64,000 bases of DNA, from positions 5,146,001 through 5,210,000 of the forward strand of contig CM022669.1 of the NCBI GenBank assembly GCA_012295275.1, in the 5' to 3' direction. This stretch comes from Chrysomallon squamiferum (lineage: Eukaryota > Animalia > Mollusca). A program made the translations under genes and the position numbers. The notes beneath the pieces were generated by a model. That model was not told the origin of the DNA, made no database searches, and was given only the letters and a program-made list of their open reading frames with translations. Below are positions 26,093 to 55,733 of the stretch, piece after piece. Positions within the stretch are counted from its first letter, which is position 1. Each line of letters begins with the position of its first letter.

Positions 26093-27429
26093 TTACATTT
26101 TTATTACAAATAGTTTATAATTATATGCACATGCACAGTATTATGTTTAGTATAATCCATGTATTCCTACTCTGTTAGAATGTTAATAAGGTGAAAGAAT
26201 AATTAAACTGTGTATGGAAGTTTCCAAATTGGCTCGAAACCAGATTATCTCTCCCTTTTTGCACCATCCCTGTTTCATGTTTTAGTTCAACTATCCCCAT
26301 CCCCAGATTCTTCAACAAGCATAAAATTTCGGTTTTCGTAATAATAAACATCTCTGGAATTCAGGAACGATAACTAGGTGTATCAAAATGGTAATAAAAA
26401 CAATATTTTGTGCAATTCCAGTTCCGACGAAGCAGAAAGGTTTTGCACTAAGTTATGTCTAAATGAATGTTTACAAGCTATTTTCTGAGCGTTAAAAAAA
26501 GCATATAAACAAAACATAACAAAAAAAAAGTCGATACACTATAGGTAGAGCTATTGGTAGTGTTGTTTATTATTTTCTTACCCAAACATTTCAAAGTAAA
26601 CAGGTCGACACGAATTTATTTTTGTTTGTATTCTCTGTTTTACTTTATTATTCTACTTTTTTTTTTTTCTTGGTCGGCTTGTATTTGGAACTAATAACTC
26701 ACGAACAGTTATTACACTATGTCAATGTTTTAAGAACTATAATTAGACAGTTTGATGGTGTTCTATAACGAGAAGACTCGGTCTAGTTCGTCTGCAAATA
26801 AAGAAACAAAAGGTAAGCGGTAACAGATATTATTGCTGATCTATTTTTTTATCATTGTTTTTTTTTAATTTTATTTTTATTTATTTATTTGTTTTATTTT
26901 TTATGAGTGATTTAAGCTGATATAATGTCCTTTACAATCTGTTTAATATAATATACAGAAATAGTAAAACACTAGCCATATTCCTACAGTTTTATTAGGT
27001 TTTAATTAGTATGCCAAGCATACCACTCCTATCGTGTGTAGTTTTAAATTGAGCGTAGAGTGCTTCTGTGTTACAGGTAATTATATATACCCTGTGTGGG
27101 ATAAAACAATCAGCGATTTTTAAAAAATAAATAAGATAGGATCTCTTTATATGCTGTACTTTTGAACTGAACAATAAGTTTGGTTATAGTCATAGGTTTA
27201 AAGCTGTATATGATTATTACAGAGGGTAGTCATGCGTTCAACGGTAACACACGTTAGTTTAATACAAAGACATTCACTAAAAGACACAGATAAACTGATA
27301 TAAACAAAGCATGACAACTAAAGAAAGAAACAGAGCGAAAGAGATAAAGAAAGACAGAAACAGAACAAATTACAGAGCATGAAAGAAACAGAAAAAGAGA
27401 GTGAAACAAAATAGGGAAATCCGAAAGAA

Positions 27430-27434
<5 letters not shown>

Positions 27435-27516
<82 letters not shown>
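27435..27516. repeat. (GA)n microsatellite
   Basis: Direct read. Confidence 0.95.
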
Positions 27517-27519
<3 letters not shown>

Positions 27520-27626
27520 GGACTTAAAAAAATAAACGTGGAGCTGTAATTGTACGAAATGCTGTGTTATTCTCTCTAAACTACAATACATTTATTATTT
27601 TCCTCCTCTCCTATATTTCAGGTACA

Positions 27627-28682
27627 ATGATACCGTTTAACCGTTACGGTATGCGTTGCAACAACAGAATTCCTCGGAAATTTCTGCAGCTTACGTTTGT
27701 GCTATGTGTCGTCCTCGTTGTTTTCTGTTTGTACTACATTCCACGGATGTCAGTGTTAGTTGAGTTTCCAGCAGACGAAATTTCCAATCAGCGACCACGC
27801 GAGAGAACCATAGCGCAAATCTCCGGCATCGCAATCCGAAACGACGTCAACCAGTGGTACGGGTACGACAGCCTCTGTAACAACTCACGAGAAGCATTTG
27901 TGTTTTCAGAGTTAATCACGCCGTCAGGCCTGACGCCAATTTATCTATACAACTCCGAGTACGACCCTCGGGTTTCGAAATCCATTATCGAGTCAGGATC
28001 TTGGAAATCTGAAGTTGTTCTTGAACTTCGTGAATTGCTAGATCAAAACGACAGACTGGTTTTACTAGACATCGGAGCAGGACTAGGGGTGTTCAGTCTA
28101 GCCGCTGCTTTGGGACATAAGTTTGTCGTGGCGATAGAGCCGTCTCCTGGCAACGCCAGAAGACTCTGTGAGAGTATCATTGAAGGCAGATTTCAGAGGA
28201 GGATTTCCATCATAAACAACGCGCTTTCCGACAAGGCAAAAATGATGGAACTGGAAATTTTGTATTCGGAACTGAGTAACGTTCAGGTGCATGAGATCAC
28301 TTCTTCTGATAATATTAATTTAAAAGTTCCCGCAATCCCTTTGGATGATCTGATTGGTCGATTCCCTTTCGTGGATGCAGTCATTCGAATTGACGTCGGA
28401 GGAGAAAATATGGCTAAGATTCTCAAAGGAGGCAACGTTTTTTTCAGAACAGTCAACGTCTGGTCTGTTATGGTCACGTGGAGTGACGTCACTGAACCAG
28501 ATGATATTCAGTACATATGTAACTTCATGGACAGTAAAGGAATGAAGCCTCACGGGAAAGCTAGTGGGAAGAAGCCATTGTCAAACGTGGACCCTAAGAA
28601 GTGGCCCGCAGTTGTAATTTTTAAAAAAGCACATCCCGACGTACCCAATCCATTCGCGAAAATTAACCGTGGTGAAGTTTAA
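27627..28682 (+). CDS. Type II membrane FkbM-family (Methyltransf_21-like) SAM-dependent methyltransferase, single coding exon, 351 aa
   Basis: Acceptor ctatatttcag ends at 27621, ATG at 27627; candidate 5'UTR exon donor aaaag|gtaagc at 26812. Short basic N-tail, TM helix FLQLTFVLCVVLVVFCLYYI, stem, then LLDIGAGLGVFSLAAA, VVAIEP, NNALSD, IPLDDL, VIRIDVGG as in the FkbM fold. Confidence 0.85.
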   Translation: MIPFNRYGMRCNNRIPRKFLQLTFVLCVVLVVFCLYYIPRMSVLVEFPADEISNQRPRERTIAQISGIAIRNDVNQWYGYDSLCNNSREAFVFSELITPSGLTPIYLYNSEYDPRVSKSIIESGSWKSEVVLELRELLDQNDRLVLLDIGAGLGVFSLAAALGHKFVVAIEPSPGNARRLCESIIEGRFQRRISIINNALSDKAKMMELEILYSELSNVQVHEITSSDNINLKVPAIPLDDLIGRFPFVDAVIRIDVGGENMAKILKGGNVFFRTVNVWSVMVTWSDVTEPDDIQYICNFMDSKGMKPHGKASGKKPLSNVDPKKWPAVVIFKKAHPDVPNPFAKINRGEV

Positions 28683-29799
28683 ATAGTTTTAAATAGTTTT
28701 ATATTAATATGCATAAAGCAGTTCAGTTCTGTTTTTGTCAGACTTTCAGCAGTTTACATAACATATTTCATTAAGGATGACTCTATTTGCAAAGGCAGAA
28801 TAATTTCTGTTTACCTCAGATTTTGTTATGTGTTAAAGTTAACATATATGTGTGTATATATATATGTATGTATGTCTGTGTGTGTGTGTGTGTATGTGTC
28901 TGTGTGTGTGTTTGTGTGTGTGTGTATATATATATATATATAAAATAATCGTTCTTTCATCACTTCCAATACTGATTACGTATTAATACACTGGAATTTT
29001 TCTACGATTGTCCAGTTTGTTGGTTTTTGCTATTCATGTTACATGACATTAAACAAAACAAAACAAAAGAGAAAAAATATATATATACAAAATAAAAATA
29101 AGACGAAAGCAGGAAAGAAGAAGAAACTGAAACACGATGTGTGAAATTGTGCTGTTAAATTTATTTAATGATTTTTATGACATAAAGCAACAACTTGAAG
29201 TATAAAAGTGTTAATTATGAAACGGTATATTTCAGTGAATCAATAATATACATTTATCTATTTACAAATCAATTACACATTTATTGCAGAATACACTTTC
29301 TGAACTTGTTTATCATCAAAAATATAACATACAATTTACGACAGTTATAAAAATAGTTTCTCTGTTTTTAAGATTAGCGGATCTCAAAGATTTTGAGCCT
29401 ACAATCTAAAAGCTTTTTTTTTTTTTTTTTTTTAATTCTTTTTCTTTTTCTTTCTTCTTTCTTCTTTCATTCGAAAGAAATGGTTATTTATTCATCATTC
29501 GATCTGAACTTGAGCACACTCTCTTGTCGTAAGTTGCACAATCCGGAAATTGTTTTGTCATTTATCTTGGACACAAATGTTTTCGATGGTATTCTTGACT
29601 CCGATTGTCTATTGTTTCAATATAGTCCTACAGTCACTTACTCCAAACAACTTTACTCCAAGAATCACTTGAAGCTCGTCTCGTCTTCACCACACAACTG
29701 TACGATCATGTAATATTAATATTAGTTTAGGCTTTATTTATGCATGTATGTATATATAACCTGTTTGTTATGAAAAAATACATTTAACCTTTCAAAATG

Positions 29800-46538
<16,739 letters not shown>

Positions 46539-46919
46539 TGTTTGCTGTTATTATTATTATTTTTTTTAAAGTCAGAGGTCACTGAACAGAGTTTTAATCC
46601 ATGAAATAGCTACTGCTCTTTGAACCAAAGCATTCAAACACCGGTGATATGATTGTTGACTTGCTGCTAACCACAGTAACGTTCCGTGATGGGGTACGAC
46701 AGCAACGTAACTCAGACGAGCAACATAAGAGTTTTTATGTTACGTAACACGAGAGTTTAACTTTACAGCAATCTTTGTTCACGCTTTCGTTTCGCTCTGG
46801 TTTCCTGATGTCAGTTTGGGAACCGCGCTGTTCTGGTACGTTAAGAAATATTCCGCATTTACTGAGAACGGCTAATAAACAAGACACAACATGCCATTTA
46901 GAGACGATCAAAGAGTAAA

Positions 46920-47060
46920 CTCTTCTCATATATCGCCAAGTTCAATATGCTGGAACCGTCCAGCCCATCAACAATCTCTAAGTAAGCGGCGAGTTCTACC
47001 ATAGACATTTCAGCCAATCAAATTAGCGAGGTGAACGCTGTGTTTCTTCCATTGGTTGAA
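46920..47060 (-). promoter_or_regulatory. Candidate ARRDC promoter: two oppositely oriented CCAAT boxes and a TATA-like element
   Basis: agccaatca at ~47012-47020, attggtt at 47051-47057 and minus-strand tatatga at ~46926-46932, ~400-500 bp upstream of the ATG in a CpG-rich island. Confidence 0.45.
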
Positions 47061-47332
47061 AGTGATTTAAGAGAAATTCGACACAAGTCAGGAAAATATT
47101 ATGCGGCGTAAACTAACGAGAGACAGAAAGCCGTGTGAACTGTGGAGACTGGAAACGTCAGGTTGTGTTGGATTGCAGACGATATCCGGTTACTCGCTGA
47201 ATAAATGACCTCCGCGGTACAGCATAGCAGGCGCCGATTTTGTTGTTGTTTTATATATTATTTATTTATTTATTTAATCTTTGTTGTTGTTGTTATTATT
47301 ATTATTATTAACAAAGGCATTAAAGTACATTA

Positions 47333-47650
47333 ATATAATCTGTTTATGATTATAAATATAGGTTTTTTTCTTTCTTTTTTTCATTTTCTTTGTTGTTGTT
47401 GTTCCCATAATTATATGAACTTTTTAATTAACAAGGGCTTAATGAACCTTCCCATAAACGTAAAAGCATTACTTTTGACATAAAAATATAATCTGTTTAT
47501 GAATATAAATATAGGTTTTCTTTCTTTCTTTTTCATTTTACAGACAGTGGAACCGTGTCTCCCATAATTATATGAACTTTTCATAAGTAGGCTACAAGGG
47601 CTTAATGAACCTTCCCATAAACGTAAAAGCATTACTTTTGACATAAAAAA
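47333..47650. repeat. Imperfect ~155-165 bp tandem duplication between ARRDC and NUDT17
   Basis: ataatctgtttatga.tataaatataggtttt occurs at ~47335 and ~47488; acaagggcttaatgaaccttcccataaacgtaaaagcattacttttgacataaaaaa occurs at 47431-47487 and 47594-47650. Confidence 0.85.
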
Positions 47651-47735
47651 GCCTCGGAACTGGAAGCATCTCAGTAATGACATTGAGAAAGACTGATCAT
47701 GCAATACAAAATGCAGCAGAAATGGTACCAGCTTC

Positions 47736-47806
<71 letters not shown>

Positions 47807-48249
47807 TAATAATAATAATGTTCTGTATTCATTTAATTTAAACCACATTATTATTTTTATTTTACACTGTGAGACGTTTTTTAGACACGTCTGACGTGCT
47901 GCTGCCTTGGTTTAAATTTCCAAAACATTTTAAACCGCCTAAATGACACTTCATGTTAATTTTATATTATTTATTTATTATTATTATTTCCCTTCTTAGT
48001 GATGTGGTGTTGTTTTTATTATCATTATTATTTGTTGTTTTATAAAATATGGCTTAATCAAATATATAGGAACTGAATATTTGTTTTCTACTTTTATTGT
48101 TTTATATAGTATCAACAATAACTTGCACGAAACTTTCTTGTTGACGATGTAAGAATCAGAATTTAGGGGAGATAAATCTAATTAAAATAAGAACACCATA
48201 GTAATACAGAACATAACATTTTGTTCGATTCGAACATTCCTTTTAATAA

Positions 48250-48567
48250 ATGGCGGCGGACATCAAACGCACACTTGTATATTTGAAGAAAACTGAACAG
48301 AAAGCAATACCAGCAACATTATCACAGGTAAACTTTCAAAATATAACGAATGAGTTTAAACCATAGCTGATGTATAAATTGGACCTACTCAGTCAAAGTA
48401 GTCATTTGCGCTGGTGATATTATATCGCTAATTTATTTTCTCTGTTTTAAAGATACAGGTACAAATTAATAACAATGTCACGTTTAATTATATCGGTTAA
48501 AAATTAAATAAAGAAAAATAAAGAACATAATTTTATTTAACACGTACTCAATACGCCCGTACAGGTG

Positions 48568-48652
<85 letters not shown>

Positions 48653-48717
48653 GTTTTCTGAATTTCTGAAAGCCCGATATATCGTTCGGTGCGTGTATTA
48701 TTATTATTATTATTATT

Positions 48718-48763
<46 letters not shown>

Positions 48764-49080
48764 GTTGGCAGTGTCTAGTTCAATATTTTGGATCCAGTGA
48801 TCTTACAGCAGACGTCTTCGTTGAACTGAAAAACAATATTTTAACTGTCTCCAATCCACAGCCAGGAAAACCTCTCATCAAAATTAAGGTATTGCAGACG
48901 TCTTGTAAATATTTATATTGCTGACACTTGGCAGACATGTATTAATAGATACTAAATTATAGTTAAAAAATTATATAAAAAATCTTTATAAAAAGTAATA
49001 TTGAATGAAGGAAGAAATATTTTCTTTAAGACTGACATATTTATAAAAAAAATCTCTAATTATAAGACAGTAATATTGTG

Positions 49081-49111
<31 letters not shown>

Positions 49112-49466
49112 TGTAATGATAAAGTCTGAAAAATAAATGGAAACATAATCGATAACAAGATAGGCAGTAATGAATAATTTGTGTGCAATATAACAAATTG
49201 GGAATGCCTCCATAAGATAATTTTTTTTTTTTTTTTTTTTTCTCCCCAATATTAAGCATCCATCATTTTGTCCGGTTAAACATCTCCCAGAACGACCAGA
49301 CATAAAACTGTCACCAGAGATAGCCGATAGAGGAATCAATGTGGGTGCCGCCATTATACTCGAGACCGGAGATGGGCACGTGCTGTTGACGAGAAGGGCT
49401 AAACATCTTCGTGCTTTTCCGGGAATATGGGTTCCTCCGGGTACGACTTGAATTTTATTGAACAAT

Positions 49467-49497
<31 letters not shown>

Positions 49498-51449
49498 GAC
49501 ACAGTTCACAAGACGATTTTCTTAGGAATGTCTGGGGTGTATTGCATTATTATTATTGCCCTTTGTATAATTTGATGTTTTTCTAACTGGTCGTCATCTG
49601 TAACACTTTAAAAAAGAAAAAAAAAAAAAGTGTAAATGGCAAAAATTTAAAAAATATTTATTTATTTGTTTTGTTTTGTTTTATGTGTGTGTGTGTGTGT
49701 GTTTGTTTGTTTGTTTGTTTAATGGCTTTTAATTTTATGCAAATCAAAAATCGTTGTTTTAATAAGGTAAATTTGCTAGGAAATAACTGGTTTACATCCA
49801 GGCCTTTTTTTTATTATTTTATTTTTTTATTATTATTATTTTTTTTTAAGAAGATTTGTTTCAAATTTTATTGCAATGTTTGAAAAAGATATTTTAATGT
49901 GTCTTTTAGGTGGTCACATTGAAGATAAGGAAACGGTAATTTTTATTGTCAGTTTTATAGTAGCATTCACAAGGTCAATGAACCCACAAATGTGTGATTC
50001 ACGCACATAATCAATCACAGATACATTTCTTAAGGACAAAATGGCAAATCAGTTGTTGTTTTTTGGGGGGCAAGGAGCTGTAAATTACAAAAAAGGTTGT
50101 CGAATAATAATTAAAAAAAAGGTTCAAGTAAATTCAAAAAAAAATTTAGTTGGTATGTATTACTGATTTAAATATAATGAACACACCACCACTACCAACA
50201 ACAACAGTAATAATAGTAACTACAATAATAATAATTTCTAGTTTGAACAAGCTGGCCTGAGAGAATATAAAGAAGAAACAGGACTACACATTGAAGTTGG
50301 ACAGTGTATTGGAAACAAACTGAAACTACTGGCACTCTGGGAGGTGAGTTTGGCTTTTGTATTTTGTGCTTCACTAGTCATTGTTTGTGTAACCATGTTA
50401 AAATATAACACAAGAACACATAGACTGCCAGTCAGACATACAGATACAAAGCCAGTATTATTTAACATACAAACATATTCCTCAAACTAAATAACTTGGA
50501 GGAAAACATTTAAACTTCTTTAGTTTAGTGTCAGTATTAAAATATATTAACTTGATTAAATGAATGACACTGTGTTTTCATTTCAGAGTGTATATCCACC
50601 CAAATTGTCTCATGGTCCTCCCAAACGACATCACGTAGTTGTCTACTTGTATGGTAAACTGACCTCTGACCTGACTGTAGCAGTCTTGAAGAAACAGTTG
50701 AAAATGGACCCAAATGAAGTTGAAGCCTGTGCCTGGTTTGATAAAACTTCAGTGAAGTCTATAGTATCAGCTTCAGATGAAAGCAGCACTTCAGCAAGTT
50801 CAGATAATAAAGAGATGTTCAGGTATTACATTTTACTTCAAACTTCAGTTCTGCTGGTTGTTAACTTTTTTCATACTGCTTAATTGTAGATCTTTTATGT
50901 AATGTATTTCAGTTCCAGTTACACTATAAAATTGTCAACATCAGTGAACTGGCATAGTATAATTGTGTAACAATCACCATTTCATGTTGATTTAAAAATA
51001 TTTTATTATTGTTTGTTTTAATTTTTACAAGTGTGTGTGTGTAAATCCTGCCTATTTGTTTTCTAATTTACTTATTTCTCATCTTTTTTTAATGTATTTT
51101 ATTATTATTATTTTAAATAGCTTCATCTTTAACAACTTTTATCTTCATATTATGTTCTGTTTAAGGGTATTTCTTTCAAAATTTTATTTTCAATTAAACT
51201 ATAAGAAACTGATGATCTGTTCTTCGTGAATTATTATTTTTGTGATCTTTTTAAGTAAAATTAATTTTTTAATATACTTATTTCAGTGCTGTTGAACTGA
51301 ATGACAAGAAAGAACCTGTGAATGTACAGTTACCCTTTAATGTTCTACTTCAGACTACATCTGACCAGGAGGTATTTGGCAGAGTTAGTACCGGAACAAA
51401 ATTTGCACTTGAAGAATGGTTAAAATTAGACAAAAACTATGGCTCTTAA
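48250..51449 (+). CDS. NUDT17: Nudix hydrolase 17 homolog, 7 exons, 301 aa
   Basis: Exons 48250-48327, 48772-48888, 49257-49440, 49910-49935, 50242-50343, 50587-50822, 51287-51449 (906 nt, phases consistent). Motifs: [43 protein letters not shown], Nudix box GHIEDKETFEQAGLREYKEETG, LALWESVYPP..GPPKRHHVVVY, EVEACAW, RVSTGTKFALEEW. Confidence 0.9.
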
Positions 51450-52360
51450 AATTTATATTTTAAGTTATGTATATTAAACAAAAATAACTGAATTATATTT
51501 GTGTATGTTATTCCTTATTAAGGTTTATGTGATAAAAATAAATAAAACATTTTGTGCATTTCCAAGTGATTTGTTAACCAGTCCTACGTAATTCACTGTC
51601 ATATTCATTTGGTTATGAACTCAGACATCTGATGTGTAATAAACACATTAATATAAACTAACAGAAATGGAAAATGTATCTAAGATTTACAATCATGGAT
51701 GTGAATATTCCTTATCAGATTTTCTTGTATATTAAAAATGATGCTTTTACTTTGTTTTTATCTTTCTCTGAAATGAAAAATTCCAGAGTATTTTAGAAAG
51801 AAGAAAAAAGACAGCTATTATTAATTGCCATCAAATACTTTCAATTACTTTCATACATCATCATCATTATTATTATTATTAGAAAATATGAATCTCAAGA
51901 CAAATGTAAACCAAAACATATTTAGTGAGGTTTTTGTACAACCGCAAGTATAATTTACCAGATAACAATAAAATAAAATAACAAAATTTATATATTAAAA
52001 TTAAATCCATATTTTCTTATCATTTTATTACTTTTACTTCACTCTAAAGATTTTTTTTTTCAAGGATATTTTGATGTTTTCTCTCATTACAAAATGAACA
52101 GCTGTTGTATGTTCAGTCTTGTGTTTTTAATATTATTCAGATCACATTTTCATAGAGACTTTATTGTATTAGTGTGATTTATATACACTATTTTTCTTTT
52201 TATATTTTAGGTACACAAGGAATGTTTTTTCAACAAGAATTTTTCAGAAATGATGTATCAAATTAAACTGAATAAAAATTAGAATGAGTTAATATTGTTG
52301 AATCCTTCAAATATTAAATTAATATTATAATGGCTTATTTGAAAGGTTTAAATATTTATT

Positions 52361-54322
52361 TCATGTTCCTGTACATATGAGTTGATGCTGAGAAATGGAT
52401 GAGTCTGAGGTCAGAAGCTGAAGGCAGGAACTACACTGATAGCTAGTTAAACCTGCAGATCCTCCAATGAGCTGATCTGTACTTCGAATGGACCCATGAG
52501 ATACACCAATCAGATGTCTTGTTTCATGCATCACTTCATCTGATTCACCAATCAGGTGGCTTGACTCTACTCCATCCTTGACATCATCATCTGTGGCATC
52601 CATGCTACATGAGTCAGGATCAGCATCAGAGAGTGCACGGTAGCTGCTCAACATCGGCTCACTGCAGACACTAGATGACCTGCGGAAGCCACTGTGTCTG
52701 TAGGATGGCTTCAGCACACACCTCGGCATTCCATCTGATCTTATATCTTCTGTGGACTGACTGAGCAGCTTGTATGCAGAGGAACCAAACACAGCAGTGT
52801 CACTGTGATTAAAAATAGTATTATCACTTTCATCCAGCAGATGACTGGAAATTTCTTCTGAGCAGGATCTGAATGAGGACATCTGGTAACCAGTGTTAGT
52901 GAGATAACTTTCCTCTGAAGTGGTATGAGGACTTCTGATGTCATCTGGATGTGGATCTGAATCATCTTGTGAACTGTGAATATCTTCATGTGGATCTGAA
53001 TGAGGTGGAACTGGATACAGGTCTGAAAGAAGATGAGGATTTGCATCAGGCTGCAGATCTGGATCAGGACTTTTCTCATTCTCCTCATTAATGAGATCCT
53101 CCTCACTCAGTCTGATTACTTCAATTTCAGAACTAGGAAAATCAGTCTGCTTCACAAAATCCTTCACACTGAACTGAAATGGGATGTCCAACTTTACAAT
53201 GTCACACTGCTCCAGTGGATGCTTCTGATGAATGTGTCTTGTGACCTTGGCAGCCATGTTGCTCTGGTAGTTGCAGTTGCTGCACTTGTAAGGTTTAACT
53301 CCAGCATGGGCCATCAGGTGGTTTGCCAGAGAGCTGGGGTACCCTGTGGAGAAGTTACACTTGTTACAGCAATACTTTTTCTGTCTGAGGTGTTTGGTTC
53401 TAGCATGTTTGACAACATCATGATGAGCTACGGCTCTGTAAGAACAGTGAGGACACTTGAACTGTTTCTTTCCTTTGTGTATGCTCAGGTGTTTCTGAAG
53501 GCTGCCTGATTCTGAAGTTCGATAGCCACAGACTTCACAGACATAGCGCTGGATGCCGTTGTGCTTTTCTTGATGCAGAACCAAAGATCTCTTGTACGCT
53601 GTTTGGAACGAACATCCAGCCACATCACACTTGAGGAGCTGACCTAAATGTTACATGATTTACTGTTTATGAAATTTATACATCTATCTATATATCTATA
53701 TCTGTATCTAAATCTATATCTGTCTGTCTATCTATATATGTATACACACACAACACACACACATATGTATATATGATAGTTATGTTTTCTTTAAAAGATA
53801 ATAAATATGGCATTTATTTTTTAGAAGAAAAAAAAAACAAAATAACTCAATTCATCCTGAATAAATTTAAAGGCTTAGTATGATGTCTTTATTTTCTATA
53901 TTTTATATAAAGCTATACATAACTGTGGTTTACTAATGATTTTTTACTGATGTAAATAAAACAGTTTACCTGTATGTGTTCTGATGTGATCTGTGAGCCC
54001 TGCATTTGATGCAGCCAGATATCCACATGTGTTACAAATATATCTTGATTCTCCTACAATCATCAAATGGACATAATAACATAAATGTAGCAGGTACAGT
54101 TTTAATATGAAAACTGCAAAATTAATCTGTCCAAAAGATTACTAAGAATTTACAGAATTCATTAAAAAGTGTTTAAAGGGTAAGAGACAACAATTATACA
54201 CTGTTGTTTTAGGACAGCTTTAAGGACTGGTATTGATTCTAGAATGAGATGAGACAAACAAAAAAAAAGAAAAGAAAGATAAACCATTACTTGTATAAAG
54301 AATCTATTACAAATGTGTTATA

Positions 54323-54358
<36 letters not shown>

Positions 54359-55675
54359 TGTATGTATGTATGTATGTATGTATGTTAGAAGTTTTAATGA
54401 ATGCCTTCCAAACAAATAAACCCATTAATTTTTTTTGTGAACATTTGACCCTGAGGATTCTGGATAAGTAACAGTTACATATGATTTCATTACCTTTGTG
54501 TTTGATGTCTATGTGCCTCTTCATTGTTGACCTGTGTTTGAAAGTCGCTGAACAGACATCACAGATTAGAATTTCCTCTCTGTGACTTTGACTGTGAGCA
54601 ACAAACTGTGACTTTACGGAGCAGGAGAATTCACAGATTTCACACTTGAACACGCTGCTGGTGTTGTGCACACTGAGATGACGTTGCATAAATCCTAAAT
54701 GTTTTGACTGATAACTGCACAAATTGCACATGTAAACATCACAACCGTCAACACAAAGTTTAGAATACATCTCTGTGATGTCAGTCTCCTCTTTGCTGGA
54801 ACAGTCAGACTGGTTGTTAAACTTCATGTCGTAAACTGTTTCATCCCCATCCAACATTTCTCTGTTGTTTTTAATCTGGTTATTATTTTCTTGGTAAATG
54901 CTGCAAACAAACTCACAAGACAGTGATACATTTTTGCTGCTGATCTCTGAAGATTCAGTGGATGGTCTGTCATCATCAACTTTATGGCAGAAGGACACAT
55001 CATCATCATCATGACTGGCAACATCAAGTGGTAACTGATTGTTGCTTTTGAGATGGAGTGTTTTTTGGTGTAATCATGAATCCCATTTTCCACATTATTT
55101 TCATGTGAACCTAATGAGATATCGCTTCTTACATCCTCGCTAAAACTGCTTTCTTCTCTCCCACTATCATTCACTTCAAACAAATTATTTTTCTCACTGT
55201 CTTCTACTTGTACAGTGTCTGTCTGTTCTAATTGATGACTGACAGACACACACTGTGTTCCATGTCTGTCCACTGTAAAGCAAACATTTTCTTCACAATC
55301 ATTTCCACTGTCTTTATGCAGAAGTAAATCTGAGTTTTGTTTCAGTGATTTCCATAGGTCAATATAGAAGGAGAAGAATTTCTCTCTGTGACAGGCAAAG
55401 TATTCTGTGTTGCACTGATATGGATCTCCTGAGCAATTATTCTTATGACAGGAAAATGTTTCTTCCGTGCAGAAAAGCCCAGCACATTTTCTACAACACA
55501 GATAAAACAGAGGTACTCCATCTGAAAACAAAGAAAGATACAAAAATTAAATAAATAAATGTGCAATTTAAAAATGAGTGGATTATTTATTTTAAAACGC
55601 AATTTCCTGCTGTTTAACCTGAACTTCTATATATACCTTAATGTTTTTTCTAAATACGACAACAGTTAATCGAGT

Positions 55676-55733
<58 letters not shown>

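Noticed and set aside
27564-27626. N-terminal extension of the FkbM ORF in the ORF track
   Set aside because: It starts at a non-ATG codon within a polypyrimidine tract upstream of the acceptor at 27621; the real start is ATG 27627.
27627-28682. Recent horizontal transfer of the FkbM gene from bacteria
   Set aside because: It has a spliceosomal acceptor upstream and a eukaryotic type II anchor, and its composition resembles the other unmethylated host exons; only a phylogeny could show an ancient transfer.
48986-49465. 159-aa minus-strand ORF
   Set aside because: Antisense to NUDT17 exon 3 plus low-complexity intron.
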